A stretch of 43,902 nt of DNA from an uncultured bacterium (GCA_964485745.1 CAZAKO010000005.1:1-43902); one strand, 5' to 3'; counted from the first letter of the stretch, positions 28,820 to 38,808 are shown. Numbers and translations are program-made. The notes: generated by a model not told the origin, from the letters alone.

Positions 28820-30271
28820 TCACTTAGTCTTTACTTGACGCAAAGCCTTGTGCCAGCCTTTCAGGTACTTCTCTCTGACAGCTGCTGTCATCGAAGGTTC
28901 GAAGGTCCGATCAACTTTTTTGAGTTTGAGGATCCCCTCAATACTGGTCCAAAATCCAACCTTCAGTCCCGCTAAGTAAGCGGCGCCCAGAGAGGTGGAT
29001 TCGATGATTGCCGGTCGCAGTACCGGTCTGTTCAAAATATCCGCCTGGAACTGCATTAAAAAATTATTGACAACGGCGCCGCCGTCAACCACCAGCTGCT
29101 CGATTGCAATTCCCGTTTCACGCTCCATCAAAGTCAGCACATCATAGCTCTGGAAAGCGATAGATTCCAGGGCGGCTCGAATCAGATGATTGCGATTGGC
29201 ACCGCGGGTCAGCCCGGTGATAATCCCACGGGCATCCATATCCCAGTGCGGCGCGCCTAATCCGACAAACGCCGGTACGATATAAACTCCATTATTATCC
29301 GATACCTCACGGGCGGCGGCTTCGCTGTCGGCTGCCTTGGCAATTAATTTCAACTCATCCCGCAGCCACTGAATCACTGCTCCGCCAATGAAAATCGAAC
29401 CTTCGAGGGCATAGCAGGGCTTGCCTTCCCGATTGATCGCCAGGGTCGTTAGTAAACCCTGCTGCGATAATTGAAAGGAATCCCCAAGATTCAGTATGGC
29501 AAAGCAGCCGGTGCCGTAAGTATTCTTGACGGTTCCGCGCTCCACACAGCCCTGTCCGAATAACGCCGCTTGCTGATCGCCGGCTACGCCATAGATCGGA
29601 ACTCCTTGCAAACCTTCGATTGCCTCAACCGTACCAAAGTCGTCCAGCGAGTTCTTGACTTTGGGTAACATAGACAGCGGCACCCCGATTATTTGAGCTA
29701 GTTCGCCGTCCCAAATTTTATCAATAATATTAAATAACAGGGTACGGGAGGCATTGGTAAAATCGGTGGCGTGAACCTGCCCCTTGGTCAGCTTCCAGAT
29801 CAACCAGCTGTCAATCGTACCGAAAAGCAAGCGGTCAGTCGCTAACCCACCAATTCGTTGCAGAATCCATTTGATTTTCGTGCCACTGAAGTAGGCATCT
29901 AACGGCAATCCGGTACGGGCTTGAAAGACCGGCTCATATTTTTTCAGGTTCTCACAAATTGGTGCCGTCCGGCGGCACTGCCAGACAATCGCATTATAGA
30001 CCGGCTTACCAGTCACTTTATCCCAGACAACGGTAGTTTCCCGCTGGTTGGTAATACCCACCGCCGCAATCTGCCCGCGGTAATTGCGGATTAAGCGATT
30101 CACGGTATTGACGACCGTCCGCCAGATTTCGAGGGGATCATGCTCCACCCAGCCCGGCTCAGGATAGTATTGGGTAAATTCTTCGTAAACCGACTGCACG
30201 ATTTGGCCCTTTTGATCGTACAGAATTGCGCGAGTTCCGGTGGTCCCCTGATCAATCGTTAAAATATACAT
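28820..30271 (-). CDS. glpK: Glycerol kinase
   Basis: IDQGTTGTR, PGWVEHDP, GITNQRETT, AIVWQCRRT, YFSGTK, GDQQAALFGQ, KNTYGTG, PAF.GLGAP.W. Confidence 0.97.
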   Translation of the reverse strand: MYILTIDQGTTGTRAILYDQKGQIVQSVYEEFTQYYPEPGWVEHDPLEIWRTVVNTVNRLIRNYRGQIAAVGITNQRETTVVWDKVTGKPVYNAIVWQCRRTAPICENLKKYEPVFQARTGLPLDAYFSGTKIKWILQRIGGLATDRLLFGTIDSWLIWKLTKGQVHATDFTNASRTLLFNIIDKIWDGELAQIIGVPLSMLPKVKNSLDDFGTVEAIEGLQGVPIYGVAGDQQAALFGQGCVERGTVKNTYGTGCFAILNLGDSFQLSQQGLLTTLAINREGKPCYALEGSIFIGGAVIQWLRDELKLIAKAADSEAAAREVSDNNGVYIVPAFVGLGAPHWDMDARGIITGLTRGANRNHLIRAALESIAFQSYDVLTLMERETGIAIEQLVVDGGAVVNNFLMQFQADILNRPVLRPAIIESTSLGAAYLAGLKVGFWTSIEGILKLKKVDRTFEPSMTAAVREKYLKGWHKALRQVKTK

Positions 30272-30306
30272 ACCGGTATCCTGTTTTGGAATTACTCCAA
30301 AATTCC

Positions 30307-31968
30307 CTATTCCTGCCCCAACATCCGTAGTGCCTGGGCAATATTCAGCGAATTATCACCAATATTTTCCAAATTTTTTACCAAATCCATGTAGAGTAAT
30401 TCGGATTTAACATTGGAACCTTTCTGGATGCGTTTGCGGGCTGATTTGCTAAGTGAGTCTCGCATCAGATTGATCTCATTCTCCATGTGGTAGGCTTTTT
30501 CGATTTCCTGGCTGTCAAATTCAATGCTTAAGTGATTTCGATACAAACCAAGAAAATCCTTGATCAGACTAGAGTAAGCCCGTAAATCTTCGCCAGCCTT
30601 TGGTTGAAAATCAATTGCCTTATCAAATTTCTTCTTACTCAACACGGTCAATTTAAAGATTGAATCCGCAACATTCTCCAGTTCATGCACGATCCGCATC
30701 ATGGCATTGACAAGTCTGACATTAGCCTCGGAAAGTTCTTCCTGGTAACATTTAACTAAGTATTTAGAAATTTCTTCCTGCATCTGGTCGGTTAGTTCTT
30801 CCAGCTCTTTGACTTCCTCGAGCAGTTCCCCAATTTTGCGATCCGGCGCCAGGAAGGCTTTTAAAAATTTGTCAAACATCTTCTCGATTATATCACCCAG
30901 CCGGTTGACCTCAGCCCGGGCATTCAGAATATTCAATTGAACCGCATCTTGGACACCAGTACTAATATATTGTAACTGATAGTGGCGATATTGGTCATTC
31001 TCGGTCGGTTTGAAAAGCGTTTCAATCAAATTCGCGAATCCCCCCAGAAAGGGTAAGAACAACAAAGTGTTAGAAATATTAAATACCGAATGAAACAGCG
31101 CCAGATTCAGGGGCAGATTCACTTGCAAACTGGTATCCCATGGTGCCAACCATAAGACAAATCGGCAAAACTGCTGAAAAATTATTGCGACCCAGATAAC
31201 TCCAATAAGATTAAAGAAAAAATGGGAGCGGGCTGCTCGCCGGGCATTAACACTGGTTCCGATCGAAACAATGAAGACTTTAATAGTTGTCCCGATATTT
31301 TGACCTAAACAGATTGCCGCCGCCGATTCAAAATCAACGTATCCCTTATATGCCAGAGTCACGGTGATAGCCATCGCAACACTCGAAGATTCGAGAATCG
31401 TTGTCATAACGATACCGACCCCAATACAAAGTAAGAACGTTACAAATCCCATATGTGAATATTTTGCAATAAAACACAGGGTTTCCGCATTGATGTCCGG
31501 GACTGTATTCTTCAGAAATCCAAGCCCCAGAAAAAGCAAACCAAATCCGACTAACATTTCTCCAAAATCGCGCCGGCGTTTATACTTACTCAGGATAAAT
31601 GGAAAACCAAAGCCAACGATGGGCAAGGCAAACAAGCTGATTTCAGCTTTAAATCCTAAAAATGAAACCAGCCAGGTGGTTACCGTTGTACCGATATTGG
31701 CACCAAAAATGACTCCAATCGCCTGGGTCAATTTCAGTAAACCGGCATTGGTAAATCCGACCACCATCACCGTCGTCGCCGACGACGATTGGATAATGCC
31801 CGTAACCAAAACGCCGGTTAATACGGCTATAACTCGATTACTGGTCATGTAGTTCAAAGCAGCCTGTAATCGTTCTCCGGCAACCTTTTGAATGCCGTCA
31901 CTCATCACCCGCATGCCAAATAAAAAAACGCCGACAGCTCCGATCAGCTGCAGTAAGATTCCGATCAT
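30307..31968 (-). CDS. Na+/Pi cotransporter (NptA/YjbB-like) with PhoU-like C-terminal domains
   Basis: IQSSSATTVM, GANIGTT, second repeat ESSS..GQNIGTT, helical tail with LENIGD. Confidence 0.93.
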   Translation of the reverse strand: MIGILLQLIGAVGVFLFGMRVMSDGIQKVAGERLQAALNYMTSNRVIAVLTGVLVTGIIQSSSATTVMVVGFTNAGLLKLTQAIGVIFGANIGTTVTTWLVSFLGFKAEISLFALPIVGFGFPFILSKYKRRRDFGEMLVGFGLLFLGLGFLKNTVPDINAETLCFIAKYSHMGFVTFLLCIGVGIVMTTILESSSVAMAITVTLAYKGYVDFESAAAICLGQNIGTTIKVFIVSIGTSVNARRAARSHFFFNLIGVIWVAIIFQQFCRFVLWLAPWDTSLQVNLPLNLALFHSVFNISNTLLFLPFLGGFANLIETLFKPTENDQYRHYQLQYISTGVQDAVQLNILNARAEVNRLGDIIEKMFDKFLKAFLAPDRKIGELLEEVKELEELTDQMQEEISKYLVKCYQEELSEANVRLVNAMMRIVHELENVADSIFKLTVLSKKKFDKAIDFQPKAGEDLRAYSSLIKDFLGLYRNHLSIEFDSQEIEKAYHMENEINLMRDSLSKSARKRIQKGSNVKSELLYMDLVKNLENIGDNSLNIAQALRMLGQE

Positions 31969-32066
31969 TTGACCTCACCCGTGCAGATGTTCATCGTTAG
32001 TTGATTTATTATCAGTGGCTATTACCTAAATCTATGATTAATTAAATTCTCAGAAGATAAGATAAT

Positions 32067-32900
32067 TCAGAGCCGCGCCAAAATCCAGTTGGTAATATCC
32101 TCCAAGACTTGTTTTTGTTCAGGATCGTTATGAATTTCGTGATAAAATCCGTCGTAAATTTTCAGGGTTTTATCAGCGGATCGGACACCCTCATACAACT
32201 CCTGACTACTTTCGGGATTGGACAACTTATCGGCGGAACCGTGCATGATTAAAATCGGCTGAGTGATGGCACTCATCTGGTGTTCAATGCGACGCATCGC
32301 CTGCAGCAATTCCCAGCCAGTTCGGGCTGGAATCTTGCCGCGGTAGTTTAGCGGATCTGCATTGTATTGTTTGACAATTTGCGGGTCGCGGGAGATCGAG
32401 TTTTCATCCAGCTTAGTAGTCTTCATGCGGGGCGCATATTTTCCTAAAATCGCGCCTATTTTAATCAGCGCCGGTGAAACATCCTGCCCGAATTTTACCG
32501 TAACTCCGGATAAAACGAGACCTTTGCATTCTGGATTATAGTCAATAACGTACAGCGTACTAATTGTGGCTCCCATACTATGCCCATAAATAAACAGCGG
32601 CAAGCCGGCACTGCGCGTCTTAACCTGTTTAAAGAAAATATCCAAATCCTGTAAATATTCGTCGAAAGAATTGACATAAATCCGTTCGCCGTCGGACTGT
32701 CCATGTCCGCGCAAATCGAAAGTTGCGATTGCCACCCTATTAGTGGTCAGGTATTTTGCCACATGTTCATAGCGCGAACTGTGCTCCGCCAGACCGTGGA
32801 CCAGAAGCACTAATGCCTGAGGCGATTGCTCCGGATACCAGGACTGCATGAAAAGCCGCCGACCGTCTGCACCTTGAAAGAAGTCTTGTTGATGAATCAT
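32067..32900 (-). CDS. Alpha/beta hydrolase, monoacylglycerol lipase/lysophospholipase family
   Basis: HGLAEHSSRY, DLRGHGQS, GHSMG nucleophile, HGSAD, YHEIHN. Confidence 0.9.
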   Translation of the reverse strand: MIHQQDFFQGADGRRLFMQSWYPEQSPQALVLLVHGLAEHSSRYEHVAKYLTTNRVAIATFDLRGHGQSDGERIYVNSFDEYLQDLDIFFKQVKTRSAGLPLFIYGHSMGATISTLYVIDYNPECKGLVLSGVTVKFGQDVSPALIKIGAILGKYAPRMKTTKLDENSISRDPQIVKQYNADPLNYRGKIPARTGWELLQAMRRIEHQMSAITQPILIMHGSADKLSNPESSQELYEGVRSADKTLKIYDGFYHEIHNDPEQKQVLEDITNWILARL

Positions 32901-32912
32901 AGCTACTCTCCG

Positions 32913-33836
32913 CTATTCGCTTTTTTGCTCTTTTAAAACCGAGGTTACCGATTTAACTAATCCGGCAATATCGGACAGGTTCGATGGAATGATAATACTA
33001 TTGTTGGTTTTGGCAAGTTTACCGAATTCATTCAGATACTGTTCGGCAATCCGTAGATTAACGGCATTCAAGCCACCTTTTTCATTGATTGCCTTGGCAA
33101 TTTCCCGGATTCCTTCAGCGGTTGCTATCGCAACTTTGCGGATTTCCTGGGCACGTCCTTCCGCTTCATTGATGCGTTTCTGCATTTCACCTTCGGAGCG
33201 CGCGATCGCCTCCTGCTTATCGCCTTCCGCCCGATTGATTTTTGCCTGCTTCTCCCCTTCCGATTCGGCAATCATGGCGCGCTTCTCCCGCTCTGCCCGC
33301 ATCTGCTTTTCCATCGCATCCTTGATACTCTGTGGCGGGGCAATATTTTTCACCTCGTAACGGGTTACTTTTACGCCCCAGGGATCGGAGGCTTTGTCAA
33401 CCGCTTCAACGATTGCACTGTTAATCACATCGCGTTCCTCGAAAGTCTTATCTAAGTCCATCTTGCCAATCACACTCCGCATGGTCGTCTGTGCCAGCTG
33501 GGTCGAGGCAAACTGGTAATTATTAATCCCATAAGAAGCCTTGCGCGGATCCACCACCTGCATGTATAAAATCCCATCCACCTCGACCGAAATATTATCG
33601 CGGGTAATACAAACCTGGGGCGAGACATCAATCGCCTGTTCCTTTAAAGTATGCTTATAAGCTACCCGGTCAATAAATGGTATCAGAACATGAAAGCCGG
33701 CTTCAAGGGTATTATTGTACTTGCCGAGCCGTTCCACAATAAAGGCAACTTTCTGGGGCACAATTCGGATTGACCGAAAAAAGATAACTAAAAGCAGAAT
33801 AATTAGACCAATCAAGACAACCGTAAAAGATGACAT
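32913..33836 (-). CDS. SPFH/stomatin-like (paraslipin, QmcA-like) protein
   Basis: VERLGKY, ITRDN, AQTTMRS.IG, WGVKVTRYE, MEKQMRAEREKRA. Confidence 0.95.
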   Translation of the reverse strand: MSSFTVVLIGLIILLLVIFFRSIRIVPQKVAFIVERLGKYNNTLEAGFHVLIPFIDRVAYKHTLKEQAIDVSPQVCITRDNISVEVDGILYMQVVDPRKASYGINNYQFASTQLAQTTMRSVIGKMDLDKTFEERDVINSAIVEAVDKASDPWGVKVTRYEVKNIAPPQSIKDAMEKQMRAEREKRAMIAESEGEKQAKINRAEGDKQEAIARSEGEMQKRINEAEGRAQEIRKVAIATAEGIREIAKAINEKGGLNAVNLRIAEQYLNEFGKLAKTNNSIIIPSNLSDIAGLVKSVTSVLKEQKSE

Positions 33837-33848
33837 AATTCCCTCCTC

Positions 33849-34310
33849 CTAAATTCTTTTGACTTTTAAAAGAATGCTCTCTTTCCCGACAATTTCAACC
33901 ATTTCGCCGACTTCAATCTCTTCATCGGCTGCAGCCTCCCAGTTGGTCCCATGAAATTCAACTTTCCCACTTTTCTTCTTACCAATCGCCTGGACGACAG
34001 TCGCCCGGTGACCGATAAATTCTTCGACATCTGCAGCTGCGACATTCTTCTGTTTCTCGAATCCTTTGAAGATCTTGGCTGCCTGCCGGCGGAGAGCCAG
34101 CAATAATACGATTGATGAGACTAAAAAAATGAATAACTGCAGATTCAACGACAGTTTCGGTATCAATAAGACTAACAATGCGACAACCCAGGCACCAACT
34201 CCAAAAAAGGCGATAATCAGCCCGGGTAAAATCAACTCTAACAATAGCATTACCAGCCCCAGAATAAACCAGATGATTTCGGGACTAAAAAATTGTTTGA
34301 TCGCTTCCAT
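33849..34310 (-). CDS. NfeD-family membrane protein (short form)
   Basis: Three TM plus OB-fold with G.V...GT.W.A; directly upstream of the SPFH gene. Confidence 0.92.
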   Translation of the reverse strand: MEAIKQFFSPEIIWFILGLVMLLLELILPGLIIAFFGVGAWVVALLVLLIPKLSLNLQLFIFLVSSIVLLLALRRQAAKIFKGFEKQKNVAAADVEEFIGHRATVVQAIGKKKSGKVEFHGTNWEAAADEEIEVGEMVEIVGKESILLKVKRI

Positions 34311-34343
34311 ACTTACTCCTCATATTATTTTTTAAGGCTAACT

Positions 34344-35000
34344 TTACCACAAAATTGTGCTGCAGGCAATCATTAATTGTCCTGCATAATAAAAGGTTAA
34401 ACAAAGCGGATGATAATTAAACGGATGACGAAACCGATTGATTGCCAGGATCAGGTCGGAAAGATAAAATAATCCTGCCCCGACTGCTATCAGCCCAACC
34501 TGTCCGCGACTAAAATCTTGTCCGAAACCGGTGGCAATTGCCCGATTCAGCATATAAGAAATTGCTAAAACATACAATAGTACCGGGACTTTGAATTTGT
34601 CCAATCCCGGATATAGATAGAGATAAATAGCCGCCGACAGAAATCCAATACTCAACAAAACATACCAGGGCGACATGTGCCAGCCGCTAAAAATTGAAAA
34701 TGTGGCGGCATAAATTAAATGAACGACGAGAAACAGTATAAGCCCGGTTCGAAACTTATCCAACATTAAGGCAAGATCGCCTCCGAGGGACAGAATCAGT
34801 GCAATGAGAATCCACTGTGAATAAGCGCCGGAATAATTTTGCTTGTTTGCCCAGGAATAAGCTACCAAAAAGATAATCAGGATTGTGGCTAAAGGTTTCA
34901 GGAAATAGACCTGCCCCTTACGATTACTCAGCTTAGCCCGGATCAGGAAAATCACCGCCAGGATCAAAATCAAAACTGTAAGATAATAGATTGGATTCAA
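34344..35000 (-). CDS. Lysoplasmalogenase (YhhN/TMEM86 family)
   Basis: LKP, S.GGD..L, FL.VH..Y, PV..Y, GA.LF..SD..LA..RF, FYY.GQ. Confidence 0.88.
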   Translation of the reverse strand: MNPIYYLTVLILILAVIFLIRAKLSNRKGQVYFLKPLATILIIFLVAYSWANKQNYSGAYSQWILIALILSLGGDLALMLDKFRTGLILFLVVHLIYAATFSIFSGWHMSPWYVLLSIGFLSAAIYLYLYPGLDKFKVPVLLYVLAISYMLNRAIATGFGQDFSRGQVGLIAVGAGLFYLSDLILAINRFRHPFNYHPLCLTFYYAGQLMIACSTILW

Positions 35001-35189
35001 GGTAAATTAAATTTCTGAATATTTTACTAATTCCAAAAGAAAAAATCATATCCGCAGGTAAACAACCGTGGCAATTATCTGCCTTGATAAATTTTAGTTA
35101 ACCGATTATCTTATCCTGACAACAAATTTGACTGTCCAGAATATCTAATTGCTTGTATATTAAACCGATAAATTTCAAATAAGGAGTTT

Positions 35190-35387
35190 ATGATGAAAAG
35201 AATCTACCGCTCAAAAACCGATCAGAAACTCGCCGGGATTTGCGGCGGACTGGGTGAAATGTTCAATCTCGATCCAACTATTGTGCGTCTGTTATTCGTC
35301 TTTGTCACCATTGCGACCGGCATCGCGCCGTTGGTCATTACCTACATCGTCGGCTGGTTCATCATCCCGGAAGGCAAACCCGAATAA
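35190..35387 (+). CDS. PspC domain protein
   Basis: KRIYRS..D.KLAGICGGL.E.FN.DPT.VR; AAGGAG RBS. Confidence 0.92.
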   Translation: MMKRIYRSKTDQKLAGICGGLGEMFNLDPTIVRLLFVFVTIATGIAPLVITYIVGWFIIPEGKPE

Positions 35388-35390
35388 TTC

Positions 35391-36068
35391 ATGCTGGGCA
35401 CCCTGATTAATGCCGGCAGTGTAATTGTCGGCAGCACGATTGGCTTGATTTTACATCGTCGTCTACCAGCGAAGATCACGACCATTGTCTTCCAGGGTAT
35501 TGGGTTATTTACGCTCTTTCTGGGATTCACAATGGCAACGAAAACTAACAACTACCTGATCCTGATTTTCAGTATTGTGATTGGTGCAATCATCGGAGAA
35601 CTGCTCGACCTTGATCTTATACTGAATCGCTTAGGCAAAGGATTAAAGGAAAAGGTCGGTTCGGACAATGCCAAATTCAGCGAAGGTTTAATCGCGGCAT
35701 TTTTACTCTTTTGCATGGGATCTATGACCATCTTAGGCACATTCGAGGAGGGATTGGGTAATAAACCGAATCTGCTATTAGCGAAATCATTATTAGATGG
35801 ATTTGCCGCAATTGCCCTTTCGTCCGGGCTGGGGATCGGGGTAATTTTCTCCGCCATCCCCTTACTGATTTACCAAGGCGGTTTGACGCTCCTCGCCCGC
35901 TGGTTAGGAGAATTCTTCAGCAACGTCGTAATTAACGAAATGACGGCGGTTGGTGGGCTGATGCTGATTGGATTAGGAATCAGTATTCTGGAAATCAAAA
36001 CCATTAAAGTCGTCAATATGCTGCCGGGATTGGTAGTCGCGATCATCCTCGCTTATTTGTTTCTATAA
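35391..36068 (+). CDS. DUF554 membrane protein
   Basis: GTLIN, FC.GSM.ILG...EGL, KS.LDG, G.GV.FSA, YQG, NMLP. Confidence 0.9.
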   Translation: MLGTLINAGSVIVGSTIGLILHRRLPAKITTIVFQGIGLFTLFLGFTMATKTNNYLILIFSIVIGAIIGELLDLDLILNRLGKGLKEKVGSDNAKFSEGLIAAFLLFCMGSMTILGTFEEGLGNKPNLLLAKSLLDGFAAIALSSGLGIGVIFSAIPLLIYQGGLTLLARWLGEFFSNVVINEMTAVGGLMLIGLGISILEIKTIKVVNMLPGLVVAIILAYLFL

Positions 36069-36088
36069 CGTTCTCGAGAATATAGGAC

Positions 36089-36117
36089 TTGTAAATCCTG
36101 CCTTAAGTGATTATACT
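36089..36117 (+). promoter_or_regulatory. Near-consensus sigma70 promoter about 250 nt upstream of the sugar operon
   Basis: TTGTAA-N17-TATACT. Confidence 0.6.
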
Positions 36118-36123
36118 ATGAAG

Positions 36124-36333
36124 TCATGAAGATTAGTACCCGACTTGATCCTGTATTTCCGATTAAAAAAATACTATTGGGATTGTCTGGATGAACGAGA
36201 TAAGCTCGACTGCAGGTTGTCATTACTCGTTACCCGAAAATCCAACAATACTAAATTATTTTTCTTCATCAATTATCAAAAACAATGATCCATCATGATC
36301 CAATTGTCTGCAGGATCGGGTTCAATCTTTTGA
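36124..36333 (+). ncRNA. Candidate structured RNA or long structured leader
   Basis: Nested complementary segments starting at the predicted +1 (detailed in findings); family unassigned. Confidence 0.3.
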
Positions 36334-36370
36334 GCTAAATAGAGGAATCAGTAGAAGAAGGAGTGGGATA

Positions 36371-37789
36371 ATGAATACGGTCAATCAAAAATTACCCTGG
36401 AAGGAAAAAATCTGTTACGGCTTTGGCGACCTTGCCTCGGTGCTATACTGGCAGACTTTTATGCTGTACCTCACTTATTTCTACACCGACATCTTCGTAA
36501 TTCCGGCAGGGGTAGCGGCAACCATGTTCCTGATCAGTCGAGTCTGGGATGGGGTCAATGATCCGCTGATGGGTATCATTGCCGACCGCACCAATACCCG
36601 GTGGGGAAAATTTCGCCCCTATTTGCTCTGGATCTGTGTGCCGTTTGCCGTCGTTGGAGTATTGACTTTCACCGTCCCCGACTTCGGGCTGACGGGCAAG
36701 GTGATCTGGGCTTATGTCACTTTTATTTTAATCATGATGTTATATACGGCAATTAATATTCCTTATACTGCCCTGTTAGGAGTTATCTCACCCAATTCGG
36801 ACGAACGTACGGTCGTGGCTTCGGTAAAATTTATTTTCGCTTATGCCGCCGGGATTATTGTCTCGGCTACCTTATTGCCAATGACCAAGGCGCTGGGCAA
36901 AGGAAACGACGCCCATGGCTGGCAGTTGTCCTTTATAATTTACGGTATCGCTGCGGTGATTTTCTTCCTGATCACTTTTAGCGGAACCCGCGAGCGGGTG
37001 CAGCCGCCCAAAACTCAGAAATCATCAATTAAACAAGATTTATACGAATTAGTTACCAACAAACCCTGGTTGATTTTGTTAGCAACGACGATTACCTTCA
37101 TTCTGTTCGTCGCAGTCCGCAGTAGCGTAACCGCTCACTATTTTAAATATGTAGTCGGTGAGCGCGAAATCTCGTTACCCTTTGTCAAAGCCAAAACTTA
37201 CAGTTTCGAAACTCTGGTATCCGCCTTTAATGTTGTCGGGCAAATTGCATCATTAGTTGGGGTAATTTTAGTCGGCTGGGTGGCCAAAATAATCGGCAAG
37301 AAACGCGCTTTTATTTATATTTTTGTCATTGCCGTATTGAGTACTGCCGTATTTTACCTGCTCAAACCAAATCAGATAGCTTTGATTTTCCTTTTTCAAA
37401 TTACCGGTTCGATCACCGGCGGTCCATTAAGTGTGTTAATCTGGGCAATGTATGCCGATACCGCTGATTACGCCGAGTGGAAGCGTGGTCGCCGAACCAC
37501 CGGTTTAGTCTTTTCCGCCTCCACCATGTCTCAGAAATTTGGCTGGGCATTCGGCGCATTTGTTTCCCTCAATCTTATGTCTCAGGTTGGCTTTCAACCT
37601 AATCAGATCCAATCGGCGGCGAGTCTGCAGGGCTTGATCGCACTTTTCAGTGTGATTCCGGCTGCCTTTGGTATTTTGGCAATCATCATCGTCTATTTTT
37701 ACCCATTATCCGATAAACGAGTGGCAGAAATCGGGGCGGAACTAACTGAAAGACGTAAAGCAGCGGACCAAGAAGCTGCAGCTAAATAG
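36371..37789 (+). CDS. GPH-family (MFS) glycoside:cation symporter
   Basis: KEKICYGFGD, WD.VNDPLMG.IADRT.TRWGKFRPY, NIPY.AL, MYADTADY.EW..GRR. Confidence 0.93.
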   Translation: MNTVNQKLPWKEKICYGFGDLASVLYWQTFMLYLTYFYTDIFVIPAGVAATMFLISRVWDGVNDPLMGIIADRTNTRWGKFRPYLLWICVPFAVVGVLTFTVPDFGLTGKVIWAYVTFILIMMLYTAINIPYTALLGVISPNSDERTVVASVKFIFAYAAGIIVSATLLPMTKALGKGNDAHGWQLSFIIYGIAAVIFFLITFSGTRERVQPPKTQKSSIKQDLYELVTNKPWLILLATTITFILFVAVRSSVTAHYFKYVVGEREISLPFVKAKTYSFETLVSAFNVVGQIASLVGVILVGWVAKIIGKKRAFIYIFVIAVLSTAVFYLLKPNQIALIFLFQITGSITGGPLSVLIWAMYADTADYAEWKRGRRTTGLVFSASTMSQKFGWAFGAFVSLNLMSQVGFQPNQIQSAASLQGLIALFSVIPAAFGILAIIIVYFYPLSDKRVAEIGAELTERRKAADQEAAAK

Positions 37790-37791
37790 TC

Positions 37792-38808
37792 ATGATTAAA
37801 TCGAAAGGAAATCCTGGAGTGCAAACAATCATTGGCGAGTCCTTGCCAAACCTTCCCTGGGAAAACCGACCGGAAGGATGTACCGATGTTCTCTGGCGTT
37901 ACAGCCGGAATCCGATTATCAACTGGAATCCAATTCCCAAAGCTGCCCGAATTTTTAATAGTGCGGTTTTACCCTACCAGGATAAGTTTGTTGGCATCTT
38001 CCGTGCCGATCAGCGCAATGGGCGGGCAACTCTTTTTGCCGGGCACAGTGATGATGGCTTTAACTGGGAAATTGGTCCGGATCCGATTGATTGGCGCGAT
38101 GAGAATGGCAATCCGAATCCAACCAGCTACAGCTATGACCCGCGGTTAGTGAAAATTGACAATACCTATTATATCGTCTGGTGCGACGACATGCACGGCG
38201 CCTCAATCGGCTTGGGCAAAACCAAAGATTTCCGGACTTTTACCCGTATGCCAAATCCACTGATGCCCTTCAATCGCAACGGCGTCCTGTTCCCCCGTAA
38301 AGTAAATGGGAAGTACCTGCTGCTCAGCCGTCCCAGCGACAGCGGTCACACTCCCTTCGGTGATATTTTCCTGAGTGAAAGTCCCGATCTGATTCACTGG
38401 GGCAAACATCAATATCTGATGGGCAAAGGTGGTCAAGGCTGGTGGCAGGGCACCAAAATTGGTGCCGGACCAATTCCGATCGAGACGACCGTCGGCTGGC
38501 TGCTGTTCTACCATGGCGTTTCGACTACCTGTAACGGCTTCGTTTACAGTTTTGGCGCCGCCATTTTAGGTCTTGATAATCCGGGCAAGGTTCTTTATCG
38601 CACCCGTGATTATCTCCTGACCCCGGAAAAGTTATACGAGACCACGGGTTTTGTCCCCAATGTGGTTTTCCCTTGTGCCAATCTCTACGATGCCGCCAGT
38701 GGTCGGATTGCGATTTACTATGGTGCCGCCGACACCTGCACCGCACTTGCCTTCACTCAGGTTGATGAGTTAATCAGTTATATCAAAGAAAATTCGGAAG
38801 TATTTTAA
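37792..38808 (+). CDS. GH130 beta-mannoside phosphorylase (GH130_2-like, beta-1,4-mannooligosaccharide type)
   Basis: NPII, IFNSAV, YDPR, PFNRNGVLFPRK, RPSDSGHTPFGDIF, KIGAG, GFVPNVVFP, YYGAAD. Confidence 0.92.
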   Translation: MIKSKGNPGVQTIIGESLPNLPWENRPEGCTDVLWRYSRNPIINWNPIPKAARIFNSAVLPYQDKFVGIFRADQRNGRATLFAGHSDDGFNWEIGPDPIDWRDENGNPNPTSYSYDPRLVKIDNTYYIVWCDDMHGASIGLGKTKDFRTFTRMPNPLMPFNRNGVLFPRKVNGKYLLLSRPSDSGHTPFGDIFLSESPDLIHWGKHQYLMGKGGQGWWQGTKIGAGPIPIETTVGWLLFYHGVSTTCNGFVYSFGAAILGLDNPGKVLYRTRDYLLTPEKLYETTGFVPNVVFPCANLYDAASGRIAIYYGAADTCTALAFTQVDELISYIKENSEVF

